A stretch of DNA of 64,000 nucleotides from Gammaproteobacteria bacterium (GTDB taxonomy: Bacteria; Pseudomonadota; Gammaproteobacteria; Eutrophobiales; Eutrophobiaceae): assembly GCA_965238225.1 (NCBI GenBank), contig OZ250183.1:96001-160000 (forward strand), given 5' to 3'. The translations under genes and the position numbers were made by a program. Under the pieces are notes generated by a model. It was not told the origin of the DNA, did no database searches, and was given only the letters and a program-made list of their open reading frames with translations. Shown here one piece after another: positions 42,583 to 52,841 of this stretch (the first letter of the stretch is position 1; each line of letters begins with the position of its first letter).

Positions 42583-42624
42583 ACTAAAGGGTCAGCATTG
42601 CTTGATTTCATTAAGGTCTATTTT

Positions 42625-43539
42625 TCATATCCATGCTTTAGGGCGTAAGTATTTGTCATAGAGCTCCGCTTCAGGAGTGCCAGATTCTGGCTGCCAATCA
42701 TACTGCCAACGAACCAAAGGCGGTAAAGACATCAATATTGATTCAGTTCTACCCCCAGATTGTAAGCCAAACAAAGTGCCCCTATCATAGACTAGGTTAA
42801 ATTCGACATAACGCCCACGGCGATATAACTGAAATTGCCGTTGTTTTTCACCGTATTCAGTATCTTTCCGACGCTCAACAATTGGCAGATAAGCTAAAAG
42901 AAATGCGTCGCCAATAGAGCGTAAAAAGGCAAAACATTTATCGAAGTCCCATTCATTCAAATCGTCAAAAAACAGACCGCCTATTCCTCGCGGCTCTTGC
43001 CTATGTTTCAAATAAAAATAGTCATCACACCATTTTTTGTAACGAGGATAAATATCCTCTCCATATTCAACACATGCATTTTTCGCAGTAAGGTGCCAAT
43101 GTCTTGCATCCTCTTCAAAACCGTAATATGGAGTTAGATCAAATCCACCGCCAAACCACCAGACAGGGTCTTCATCTTCTTTATCAATATTATTTTTCCT
43201 AGCAACAAAAAATCGCACATTCATATGGGTTGTCGGCACAAAGGGATTAAGTGGATGAATCACTGATGAAACACCAAGCGCTTGGAACTGCCTGCCTGCA
43301 AGTTCGGGGCGTTGAGAAGTGGCTGATGCTGGCAATCTATCACCAAAAACATGAGAAAAATTAATACCAGCTTGTTCAAATATCTGGCCATTACGCATCA
43401 CGCGACTACGTCCGCCACCGCCATCCCTGCTCCATTCGTTTTCTTCTAAAATCAAGATATTGTCTAGATTGCACAAGGTATCTGTGATGTTATTTTGCAA
43501 GGTAAGTAAATAACTGCGTATTGGTTCTAACTCAATCAT
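42625..43539 (-). CDS. hemF: Oxygen-dependent coproporphyrinogen III oxidase
   Basis: [40 protein letters not shown]. Confidence 0.97.
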   Translation of the reverse strand: MIELEPIRSYLLTLQNNITDTLCNLDNILILEENEWSRDGGGGRSRVMRNGQIFEQAGINFSHVFGDRLPASATSQRPELAGRQFQALGVSSVIHPLNPFVPTTHMNVRFFVARKNNIDKEDEDPVWWFGGGFDLTPYYGFEEDARHWHLTAKNACVEYGEDIYPRYKKWCDDYFYLKHRQEPRGIGGLFFDDLNEWDFDKCFAFLRSIGDAFLLAYLPIVERRKDTEYGEKQRQFQLYRRGRYVEFNLVYDRGTLFGLQSGGRTESILMSLPPLVRWQYDWQPESGTPEAELYDKYLRPKAWI

Positions 43540-43635
43540 ATAGATTATTCTGATTTTTCATGTCTATTTGTTTTAGCATAGGATGGCAAGTATTGATGCA
43601 AGAGGTTATCCTATTGGCTCTAATTTTGCAGGATA

Positions 43636-44247
43636 ATGGACACTATAAAAGCAATGGGTAATAGAAGCGCAACAATTAAACGCAATACTAATGAAACCAA
43701 GATTGAAGTCAGCATCAATCTTGACGGGGCAGGCGAGGCAAATCTTGAATTAGATGTGCCTTTTCTTGAGCACATGCTGAATCAATTTGCTAAACATGGT
43801 GTATTTGATTTAACCGTCAAAGCAAAAGGTGATCTGGAAATTGATGCACATCACACCGTAGAAGATGTGGGCATTACTTTAGGTCAGGCCTTTACAAAAG
43901 CCTTGGCTGATAAAAAAGGCATCCGCAGATATGGGCATGCTTATGTGCCTCTGGATGAAGCCTTGTCACGTGTGGTTCTGGATTGTTCTGGCAGACCCGG
44001 CTTAGAATATTCTGTCGAGTATCCGCGCGTGCGAGTAGGAGATTTTGACCTTGACTTGCTTTTTGAATTCTTTCAGGGCTTTGTCAATCACAGTATGGTG
44101 ACCTTACATATCGATAACCTTAAAGGACGCAATGCACATCATATTGCCGAAACTATATTCAAGGCCTTTGGTCGTGCTCTGCGTATGGCTGTAGAACCTG
44201 ACCCGAGAACGCAAGGCATACTGCCTTCCACTAAAGGTTCTTTATAA
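43636..44247 (+). CDS. hisB: Imidazoleglycerol-phosphate dehydratase
   Basis: [25 protein letters not shown]. Confidence 0.96.
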   Translation: MDTIKAMGNRSATIKRNTNETKIEVSINLDGAGEANLELDVPFLEHMLNQFAKHGVFDLTVKAKGDLEIDAHHTVEDVGITLGQAFTKALADKKGIRRYGHAYVPLDEALSRVVLDCSGRPGLEYSVEYPRVRVGDFDLDLLFEFFQGFVNHSMVTLHIDNLKGRNAHHIAETIFKAFGRALRMAVEPDPRTQGILPSTKGSL

Positions 44248-44262
44248 ACCGAAGTCAATGCC

Positions 44263-44913
44263 ATGAGTAAAATCGCTGTCCTTGATTACGGTGCCAGTAA
44301 TCTACGCTCCGTCACCAAAGCCCTTGAGTTTGTCGCAGGCAATCAACATGTCATTCTTGTCACTCACCAACGTCAAGAGATACTTGCGGCTGATAGAATT
44401 GTTTTCCCAGGACAAGGTGCTGTCGGTCAATGCATGCAAAACCTGAGAGAAACTGGGCTGGATGATGTTATTAGGGAATGCGTCAATATAAAGCCTTTTC
44501 TAGGAATTTGTCTGGGTCTGCAATCCTTGCTGCAAGAAAGCGATGAGGATGGCGGGGTTAAAGGGCTGGGCATCATCTCAGGTAAAGTCATTCGCTTCCC
44601 TGATAATGTTAAAGACGAACATGGTGATATTTGTAAAATCCCACATATGGGTTGGAACCGTGTCCAACAGCAAAAATTTCATCCTTTATGGAAAGATATT
44701 GAAGATGATACTCGTTTTTATTTTGTCCATAGCTACCATGCGCAAATAGAAAACGACGAGGATATTGCTGCTAAAACAAACTACGCAACGAAGTTTGCTT
44801 CAGCAGCGGCCAAAGATAATATCTTCGCCACACAGTTTCATCCTGAAAAAAGTCAGCGTGCCGGATTAACTCTGCTGAAAAATTTTCTGTCTTGGGAAGG
44901 CGGAGATAACTAA
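44263..44913 (+). CDS. hisH: Imidazole glycerol phosphate synthase, glutaminase subunit
   Basis: PGQG, GICLG, PHMGWN, YFVHSY, QFHPEKS. Confidence 0.96.
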   Translation: MSKIAVLDYGASNLRSVTKALEFVAGNQHVILVTHQRQEILAADRIVFPGQGAVGQCMQNLRETGLDDVIRECVNIKPFLGICLGLQSLLQESDEDGGVKGLGIISGKVIRFPDNVKDEHGDICKIPHMGWNRVQQQKFHPLWKDIEDDTRFYFVHSYHAQIENDEDIAAKTNYATKFASAAAKDNIFATQFHPEKSQRAGLTLLKNFLSWEGGDN

Positions 44914-44915
44914 AA

Positions 44916-46205
44916 TTATTTACCGCCTGTCTTATTGATGGCGCGATAACCAATATCCTTTCGATAAAACATCCCGCCCCAACTGATTTTTGCTACTGCC
45001 TGATAAGCCAGTTGTTGTGCTTGTAAGACCGTCTCAGAAAGTGCCGTCACACATAAAACACGCCCACCTGCGGTCACCACATTATTGTCTTGTCTTGACG
45101 TCCCAGCATGAAATACCTTTGTGCTTTCCGGAAAATCACTGTCTAGCCCTGAAATCACATCACCTGTGCTGGCACTTGCAGGATAACCCGTTGATGCCAA
45201 TACAATGCCCAACGCAGCACGTTGATCCCATTTTGCTGTCGTCTCATTTAGCTTTCCACTCAATGCTGCTTCGCAAAGGCAAACCAGATCATTTTGCAAA
45301 CGCATCATAATAGGCTGAGTCTCTGGGTCACCAAAACGGCAATTGAATTCCAACACTTTAGGCGTGCCGTTTTCAGTAATCATAACGCCTGCATAGAGAA
45401 ATCCGACATACTTACGTCCTTCTTCTGCCATACCTAAAATTGTAGGTTTTATCACCTCTTGCATAATGCGACCATGTATTTCATCCGTAACAACAGGTGC
45501 TGGAGAATATGCACCCATACCTCCTGTATTAGGTCCTACATCACCCTCATCTCTTGCTTTATGATCCTGAGAACTCGCCAATGGTAGAATATTTTCACCA
45601 TCAGACATAACAATAAAACTGGCTTCTTCGCCACGGATAAATTCTTCAATAACGATACGATGACCCGCCTTGCCAAACTTGTTGCCGGATAACATATCAT
45701 CAATAGCAGTAATGGCTTCATTCTCTGTCATCGCAATAATAACGCCTTTACCTGCAGCTAGGCCATCTGCCTTAACCACAATTGGCGCGCTTTTTTCTTT
45801 TGCATATTCTTTTGCAGCACGAGCATCAGTAAACACCTGATATTCTGCTGTAGGTATATTGTGACGTTGTAAAAAATCTTTACTAAAGTATTTTGAACCC
45901 TCGAGAATTGCTGCGTCTTTTGAGGGGCCAAAACAAGATAATCCAGCTTTCCAAAATTCATCAACAATACCATCGACCAAAGGATCTTCCGGACCAACGA
46001 TAGTAAGATCTATTTTTTCATTGTAAGCAAAGGCCTTCAAAGCCAAAATATCATCGGCAGCAATATTGATATTACTTACTTTATCTTCACTTGCAGTCCC
46101 AGGATTCCCAGGCGCAACAAAAACTGTATCAACTTTTTGTGACTGTGCCGTCTTCCATGCAAGCGCATGCTCCCGACCACCACCACCAACAATAAGAACC
46201 TTCAT
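44916..46205 (-). CDS. purD: Phosphoribosylamine--glycine ligase (start likely ATG 46205)
   Basis: MKVLIVGGGGREHA, KADGLAAGKGV, NTGGMGAYSP, RFGDPE. Confidence 0.96.
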   Translation of the reverse strand: MKVLIVGGGGREHALAWKTAQSQKVDTVFVAPGNPGTASEDKVSNINIAADDILALKAFAYNEKIDLTIVGPEDPLVDGIVDEFWKAGLSCFGPSKDAAILEGSKYFSKDFLQRHNIPTAEYQVFTDARAAKEYAKEKSAPIVVKADGLAAGKGVIIAMTENEAITAIDDMLSGNKFGKAGHRIVIEEFIRGEEASFIVMSDGENILPLASSQDHKARDEGDVGPNTGGMGAYSPAPVVTDEIHGRIMQEVIKPTILGMAEEGRKYVGFLYAGVMITENGTPKVLEFNCRFGDPETQPIMMRLQNDLVCLCEAALSGKLNETTAKWDQRAALGIVLASTGYPASASTGDVISGLDSDFPESTKVFHAGTSRQDNNVVTAGGRVLCVTALSETVLQAQQLAYQAVAKISWGGMFYRKDIGYRAINKTGGK

Positions 46206-46370
46206 ATCCACAGCTCCCATGTACATTTATTATCCCAAAAAATTTCCATTGCTTATTAAAAAGTATTGAAAGTTTTTTTAAGGTGAGATGCTGCGCTCAC
46301 TGCTCACTAAGAGACGCAGTATGTGAATAATGCATAAGTGGCGATGAAGCATTAAAGCAAGAGTGATTCT

Positions 46371-47933
46371 TCAATGGAGAAAATGGCGCATGGAGGTAAA
46401 AACCATGGCAATATCTGACTCATCCGCAGCAGCAATCACCTCCTCATCGCATATAGAACCACCGGGCTGAATAATGGCTGTCACACCTGCTTTCGCAGCT
46501 GAGTCTATGCCATCCCGGAATGGGAAAAATGCATCTGATGCCATCACTGATCCAGTAACTTCAAGACCTTCATCTTCTGCTTTTATAGCAGCAATACGCG
46601 CACTGTAAACACGACTCATTTGACCTACTCCTATGCCAAGTGTTTGTTTGTCTTTAGCATAAACAATGGCATTCGATTTCGCATATTTCGCAACTTTCCA
46701 AGCAAACAGCATATCCTCAATTTCTGTTTCTGTCGGCGGGCGTTTCCCTACAATCTTGAGATCGCCTTTTTTGATAAGGCCTTGGTCACTATCCTGTATC
46801 AATAAACCACCGCTTACTCGTTTCATGATCAACTGCTGTATCGCGTCTGCTCGTGTGCCAACTTCGAGGACACGAATATTCTCTTTGACAGAAACTATAT
46901 CCAGAACCCCCTGACAGATAGACGGCGCAATAATTACCTCAACAAACTGCCGGTTAATGATTGCCTTGGCAGTTTTCACATCAAGCGGATGATTAAATGC
47001 AATGATGCCGCCGAAGGCAGAACTTGGATCCGTTTGATAAGCACGTTCATAGGCCTGAAGAACATTTTCACCTATAGCAACACCGCAAGGATTTGTATGT
47101 TTCACAATGACACAGGCAACTTCCTGATAAGACAATACGCACTCAAGTGCGGCATCAGTATCGGCGATATTGTTATAAGAAAGTACCTTGCCCTGTAATT
47201 GTTTCGCGCTGGCAAGCGTACCTAGGGGGGGGTTTGTTTGTTCATAGAACGCGGCGCTTTGGTGTGGGTTTTCGCCATAACGCAGATCCTGAAGTTTTTT
47301 GAACTGCAAAGACAGTGTCAATGGATAATCAAGATTCTCATCATCTATCGTAATGCCGCCTAAATAATTTGAGACATTAGCATCATAGCTTGCAGTATGC
47401 GTAAATACTTTTTGTGCCAAAACGAATCGTGTCTCGGCAGTCAATGATCCTTCATTATTATCAAGTTCATTGATAATACTTTCATAATCGCTTACATCGA
47501 CAACAGCGCCTACATAGGCATGATTCTTTGCAGCTGAACGTAACATTGCTGGCCCACCAATATCAATATTTTCAATAGCGTCCGCCAATGTACAATCTGT
47601 TTTACTGATTGTAGCCTCAAAAGGATAAAGATTAACCACCACCAAATCGATGGAGTCAATATTATTCTCTGCCATAACTGCATTGTCTATACCACGTCGA
47701 CCTAACAAGCCGCCATGAATTTTGGGATGTAATGTCTTAACCCTGCCGTCCATAATCTCAGGAAAGCCTGTGTGGCTTGAAACTTCAACCACATCAATCC
47801 CATTATCAGTAAGAAGACTGGCTGTGCCACCTGTAGATAAAATAATGATATCGCGACTTGCCAGATAACTGGCAAATTCAACGATACCAGTCTTATCAGA
47901 AACGCTGATAAGCGCTCGTTTTACCTTGTTCAT
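46371..47933 (-). CDS. purH: Bifunctional AICAR transformylase/IMP cyclohydrolase
   Basis: [32 protein letters not shown]. Confidence 0.97.
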   Translation of the reverse strand: MNKVKRALISVSDKTGIVEFASYLASRDIIILSTGGTASLLTDNGIDVVEVSSHTGFPEIMDGRVKTLHPKIHGGLLGRRGIDNAVMAENNIDSIDLVVVNLYPFEATISKTDCTLADAIENIDIGGPAMLRSAAKNHAYVGAVVDVSDYESIINELDNNEGSLTAETRFVLAQKVFTHTASYDANVSNYLGGITIDDENLDYPLTLSLQFKKLQDLRYGENPHQSAAFYEQTNPPLGTLASAKQLQGKVLSYNNIADTDAALECVLSYQEVACVIVKHTNPCGVAIGENVLQAYERAYQTDPSSAFGGIIAFNHPLDVKTAKAIINRQFVEVIIAPSICQGVLDIVSVKENIRVLEVGTRADAIQQLIMKRVSGGLLIQDSDQGLIKKGDLKIVGKRPPTETEIEDMLFAWKVAKYAKSNAIVYAKDKQTLGIGVGQMSRVYSARIAAIKAEDEGLEVTGSVMASDAFFPFRDGIDSAAKAGVTAIIQPGGSICDEEVIAAADESDIAMVFTSMRHFLH

Positions 47934-47986
47934 AAATTGGTTGAATTCAAAATAGCTATGAATAACATTAAGGAGATTATAAGTAA

Positions 47987-48271
47987 TTATTCCAAACCGT
48001 ACTTCTTTAATTTTTTACGTAAAGTAGCTCTATTGATTCCTAGAATTTCCGCCGATTTTGTGATATTGCCTCGCGCATGCTTGAGCACAACCTCAAACAT
48101 GGGTTTTTCAGCCTGAGATAACACAAGCTCATAGAGATTACTTGTATCATGACCGTCTAAGTCTTCAAAATATAGATTCAGCGCAGTTTCTACACAACAA
48201 TGTATAGATTGAGTACGTCTTTCTTTGCGCTTCTTTTGCGGGGCTTTTTTACTGCCAGATTTAACCGTCAT
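47987..48271 (-). CDS. fis: DNA-binding protein Fis
   Basis: [12 protein letters not shown]...[25 protein letters not shown]; upstream of purH. Confidence 0.9.
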   Translation of the reverse strand: MTVKSGSKKAPQKKRKERRTQSIHCCVETALNLYFEDLDGHDTSNLYELVLSQAEKPMFEVVLKHARGNITKSAEILGINRATLRKKLKKYGLE

Positions 48272-48402
48272 ACTGCCAATGCTTATCCGTCATTATTATT
48301 GTTACAAAATAATTTTCTTACCACAGACAGGTATGGTCTATCTGTAACTCCCTCCACAAAGGCAAGCAACAAACTATTTCAAACAGTTGAACCTAATCTC
48401 AT
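48268..48402 (-). pseudogene. dusB: Remnant of dusB with a large internal deletion
   Basis: GAGG RBS then MRLGSTV*NSLLLAFVEGVTDRPY (cf. DusB MRIG...N.LIAAPMAGITDRPF); ends in a TGA overlapping the fis ATG. Confidence 0.75.
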
Positions 48403-48746
48403 ATCCTCACCGCTTCTAATTCCTTATGGCGGTTATTTTGATTGGGAACGGTAATGGTAACATGACTCTACCAAAACTACTTGAAAAATAAAGAACATAA
48501 TTAAGAACGAGAAGTAACTGTAATTTTAGGGTATGAGATTTAAGACATACAGCCAAAGAGAAAAACATTTATATCCATATTAACAGGTGACATACAAAAC
48601 AACGTAGCACTGCATAAATCCTGCTATTAATAACGAAAGCTTATCTAGGCAAATGCTTTAGACGCTTGAAAAGGGAGGTCTGCATAGAAAATTAGCTGGC
48701 TTTAACTGCGCGCCTATCCAAGTGCTTTGGTGCAAACATTTGACGA

Positions 48747-49601
48747 TCAGAGGAAACGAAATTCGAAGCTGGTTGCGCTTTCCGTTGACCCACCCACCTC
48801 TAATGCAAAGTGGATTGTTGCGTCTGGCATCATGCCGGCTGGAATATTAATGCTGTCATCTAGATATTCTTCTGGCTTGAACTTTCTGTGCCCAATTACT
48901 TCGCCAGCGAGATTAAACAGGGCAAGCTGAATCAGTGGAAATGGTTGAATTGTTTGTGCTTTATTTGCCATAGTTGCATTAACCAAAAGACTATCTTGAT
49001 GCAACGGGTGGTTACGCACATCGCGGTTTAATAACTTGATCGAGCTAATATTTTTATATCTGAATATGTCACATTGCAAACGCTCACATACCTTTATGGC
49101 AATGGGTTTTAACTGCGGATAACGCAACAATAATTCATCGCGATTAAACCAAGCAAGCTGTACAATGATGATGATTAACAAAAATAATGCGCCAAATCCC
49201 CACAACATCATCGCCAATAAACTTCGTTTTGGCAAAAAATCTCTATCCAGTTCGGCCTGAATGTCTCCGAGGATTTCTTCCGAGGATTCATGTCGAAAGC
49301 CTGCTTTAGCGAAACTGCTTGCATTGTCTTTGGTGCTCGGAGATGTCACAGATTCAGGTTGTTCGTCTGCTGTCGTTTTTTCCACTGGCATTTTCGCAAA
49401 TCTATAATTCATTTGCTCAAGAGTCAGAGGGGCATCGCTTAGACGAGAAAGCGCATCAAAGTTATAATCACACGCGCCACATTGAACATGACCTCCAGCA
49501 GTTGATAATTGCGAGGCTTGAACCCGAAATTGTTTCAAGCAACCAGGGCAGGATGTAAACATCCCTCCAGCTAATGACGATAACTCTGAGTTTTGCATCA
49601 A
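48747..49601 (-). CDS. Zinc-ribbon and DUF3426 domain protein
   Basis: CPGC...VQCGAC zinc ribbon, one TM, CERLQC; syntenic between accC and dusB-fis. Confidence 0.85.
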   Translation of the reverse strand: MMQNSELSSLAGGMFTSCPGCLKQFRVQASQLSTAGGHVQCGACDYNFDALSRLSDAPLTLEQMNYRFAKMPVEKTTADEQPESVTSPSTKDNASSFAKAGFRHESSEEILGDIQAELDRDFLPKRSLLAMMLWGFGALFLLIIIIVQLAWFNRDELLLRYPQLKPIAIKVCERLQCDIFRYKNISSIKLLNRDVRNHPLHQDSLLVNATMANKAQTIQPFPLIQLALFNLAGEVIGHRKFKPEEYLDDSINIPAGMMPDATIHFALEVGGSTESATSFEFRFL

Positions 49602-49752
49602 TTAAATGTAGAACTGTATTTTCGTGATAATGGCTAACTTATAATATATAAATTCAAATTCTCTGTTAGGTAAATTTATCAGGTTTATTTACTGGATATT
49701 TATAGGCATTTTAGCCTTAATACATTATATCTATGAAATGATAGCGTTGCCT

Positions 49753-51099
49753 TTATTGCTTTAGTCCTAAGCCATCTTCCAGATAATGAATATCCGTACC
49801 ACCTGTCACAAAAGCGGCGTTGGTGACCAGTTTTTGGTGAAGCGGTATGTTGGTTTTAATGCCATCAATAACAATTTCGGATAATGCTATCGACATACGC
49901 CTTAACGCCAAATTACGACCCTCGCTATGCACGATTAGCTTGCCAATCATGGAGTCATAATGCGGTGGCACTCTGTAGCCTTTATAGACATGTGTATCAA
50001 CGCGCACACCCGGCCCGCCGGGAGGGTGATAATGCTCGATTGTTCCAGGCGAAGGCATGAAGGTCTCCGGATCTTCAGCATTGATTCTGCATTCAATAGC
50101 ATGCCCTCTTACTTGGATATCTTTCTGCTTGTAAGTTAGCTTGTCGCCATTTGCTATTCGTATTTGTTCCTTAACAATATCGATGCCTGTGACTAATTCA
50201 GTGACTGGATGTTCCACTTGGATACGCGTATTCATCTCGATAAAATAGAAATTGTCATGTTCATATAAAAATTCAAAGGTTCCTGCGCCGCAATAATTGA
50301 TATGTTGACAAGCTTCGACGCAAATTGCTCCTATATTATCTCTTATTTCTTTCGTAATCCCTGGTGCTGGAGCTTCCTCGATGATCTTTTGATTCCGACG
50401 TTGCATTGAGCAATCACGTTCCCCAAGATAAATAACATTGCCATATTCATCTGCTAATATCTGAACTTCAATATGCCTTGGATGTTGTAAAAATTTTTCC
50501 ATGTAAACCATATCATTGCCAAAGGTCATTGCTGCTTCAGATTTGGTCAATGAGATCGCATTTTTTAGTGTTGTCTCGCTGTTCACTACGCGCATCCCTC
50601 GACCGCCACCGCCCGCTGCCGCTTTGATGATGACTGGATAACCAATATCGCGCGCAATCTGGAAAATATTTTCTGAATTTTCACTAATAAAGCCATCAGA
50701 GCCAGGCACGCACGGCACACCAACTTCTTTCATGGCAGAAATTGCAGAGACTTTATCTCCCATAGTACGAATGATCTCTGCTTTAGGGCCAATGAAGACA
50801 AATCCGCTTTGTTCGACACGCTCGGCGAAATCGGGATTTTCTGCAAGAAATCCATAGCCAGGGTGTATGGCTGTCGCACCGGTTATCTCAGCAGCACTAA
50901 TCACCGCAGGAATATTAAGATAACTTTCAGTTGAAGCTGCCGGGCCTATACAGACTGATTCGTCGGCAAGAAAGACATGCATTTGTTCTTTGTCTGCTTC
51001 GGAATAAATAGCAACTGTTTTAATGTTTAATTCTCTGCAGGCACGGAGTATACGGAGTGCTATTTCGCCACGATTGGCTATGATAATTTTTTCAAACAT
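49753..51099 (-). CDS. accC: Biotin carboxylase
   Basis: [32 protein letters not shown]. Confidence 0.97.
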   Translation of the reverse strand: MFEKIIIANRGEIALRILRACRELNIKTVAIYSEADKEQMHVFLADESVCIGPAASTESYLNIPAVISAAEITGATAIHPGYGFLAENPDFAERVEQSGFVFIGPKAEIIRTMGDKVSAISAMKEVGVPCVPGSDGFISENSENIFQIARDIGYPVIIKAAAGGGGRGMRVVNSETTLKNAISLTKSEAAMTFGNDMVYMEKFLQHPRHIEVQILADEYGNVIYLGERDCSMQRRNQKIIEEAPAPGITKEIRDNIGAICVEACQHINYCGAGTFEFLYEHDNFYFIEMNTRIQVEHPVTELVTGIDIVKEQIRIANGDKLTYKQKDIQVRGHAIECRINAEDPETFMPSPGTIEHYHPPGGPGVRVDTHVYKGYRVPPHYDSMIGKLIVHSEGRNLALRRMSIALSEIVIDGIKTNIPLHQKLVTNAAFVTGGTDIHYLEDGLGLKQ

Positions 51100-51168
51100 A
51101 CGTTTTCCTAAAGAAAATTTCTACGAATTATAATTGTTCTACTGATATTGAATTTCTAATCCTTAACG

Positions 51169-51627
51169 CTAAGATTGCTTGATAGCAAACAATGCCTGTC
51201 CGTACTCAATAGACTCACCATTCTCAACGAATATTTTACTTACCACGCCGCTCGCATCTGCTTCTATTTGGTTCATGATTTTCATTGCTTCTACGATACA
51301 TAAGACATCACCCTTATCCACTGTTTTGCCAATCTCGACAAAAGCAGGAACAGCTGGTGAAGCTGATGAATAAAATATACCCACCATCGGTGAGGTAACG
51401 ATATGACCCTCGTCAATAGCAGGTAAAGGCGTTTTTGGTGCGTCTTGTGTGGGCGTGGTACTAACACTGGTCGCAGGTGTCTGTGACGTTTGAGAAACAA
51501 TTTGCTGTATGTGCGCCGTATGATGACTGGTAATACGAACAGACTCTTCCCCCTCATGCACCTCAATTTCAGAGATACCCGATTCTTGTAATAATTCGAT
51601 AAGTTTTTTTACTTTACGGACATCCAT
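51169..51627 (-). CDS. accB: Biotin carboxyl carrier protein
   Basis: SPMVG, EAMKIMN. Confidence 0.97.
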   Translation of the reverse strand: MDVRKVKKLIELLQESGISEIEVHEGEESVRITSHHTAHIQQIVSQTSQTPATSVSTTPTQDAPKTPLPAIDEGHIVTSPMVGIFYSSASPAVPAFVEIGKTVDKGDVLCIVEAMKIMNQIEADASGVVSKIFVENGESIEYGQALFAIKQS

Positions 51628-51652
51628 AAATTCATCCTGAATGATCTTAAAA

Positions 51653-52156
51653 TTATGATCTTAAATTTTTTTCATATTGTAAGTTTACTCTAGCTGTAGT
51701 TTCGCTATCGCTTATTGGCATTCTCAAAAAATTGTCAGCTGCCTGTAACGCAGCTTCATAACCAAATGCTCCCATGCCACTCACAATTGCCACTGCAATG
51801 TCAGAAAGATAAGAATTTTTTCTAAACTCTTCGCGCGCAAAAATGTTAGACAGATGAACCTCAATAAATGGGATACTGACACTTAGAAAGGCATCGCGGA
51901 TTGCAACACTGGTGTGTGTGAATGCCCCAGGATTAATGATGATAAAATCGATTTTTTTGGTTTTCACTGATTGAATTCGGTCTATAAGCTCATGCTCGGC
52001 GTTACTTTGAAAAACTGCCAACTTGTGCCCTGCCGCTGTTGCGAACGATTTAATGTGTTCATTGATCTCATCTAAGGTAGTCGAGCCGTAAATGTCAGGC
52101 TCACGCAAACCCAACATATTGAGATTTGGACCATGAAGCACGAGTATTTTAGCCAT
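51653..52156 (-). CDS. aroQ: Type II 3-dehydroquinate dehydratase
   Basis: [24 protein letters not shown]. Confidence 0.96.
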   Translation of the reverse strand: MAKILVLHGPNLNMLGLREPDIYGSTTLDEINEHIKSFATAAGHKLAVFQSNAEHELIDRIQSVKTKKIDFIIINPGAFTHTSVAIRDAFLSVSIPFIEVHLSNIFAREEFRKNSYLSDIAVAIVSGMGAFGYEAALQAADNFLRMPISDSETTARVNLQYEKNLRS

Positions 52157-52283
52157 TCTTGATTCTAAGCTTGTTTATTGAGAGTTCAATGCATTTTCCT
52201 GCATGTTAGCAGAAATTAATGACTATTTCGAGATGTTCGCTAAAATTAAGCTGTTGCAATACTGCTACAGATGTGACCGGTTT

Positions 52284-52841
52284 TTATAAGAGTGAAGTGA
52301 TTACTTGCTCTGCTTCTGAGTAAGGTAGTGAACCTTTTTTGATAAAACTGATGTCACCACTTCGATTAAGGATCACTGTATAGGGCAACCCACCGAAATG
52401 ATTGCCTAATTTACCCGCAAGCCTAATCACCTCCTGTTTACCAATGAGCAGTGGGTAATTAATGCCGAGTTTATTTGCAAAGTTTATGACATCATCCACA
52501 CCTTCAAACGCTATGCCCAGAAATTGCAGCCCTTTAGCACCATATTTTTCCTGCAAAGCAATAAAATGCGGAATTTCCTCCAAACAAGGGGGACACCAAG
52601 TCGCCCAGAAGTTAATCACCAGAACTTTATCTTGCCATTCAGAAATATTTCGCGATTGCCCTGATACGTCCATAAAACTAAAGTCAGGGGAGGCGACCCC
52701 GATCAAGTCTTCCGTGTTTTTCTGTAGCGCAGAGGATAATTTCTCAACCTTTTTGTCTGAATGGATATATTCTGAAAGAAAAAATCCAGAAAAAAAACAA
52801 ATCGTTATACAGCCCGATGCCATCAATGTTCCTCGTTTCAT
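52284..52841 (-). CDS. TlpA family thiol-disulfide reductase
   Basis: NFWATWCPPC, N-terminal membrane anchor; coupled to dsbD. Confidence 0.9.
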   Translation of the reverse strand: MKRGTLMASGCITICFFSGFFLSEYIHSDKKVEKLSSALQKNTEDLIGVASPDFSFMDVSGQSRNISEWQDKVLVINFWATWCPPCLEEIPHFIALQEKYGAKGLQFLGIAFEGVDDVINFANKLGINYPLLIGKQEVIRLAGKLGNHFGGLPYTVILNRSGDISFIKKGSLPYSEAEQVITSLL

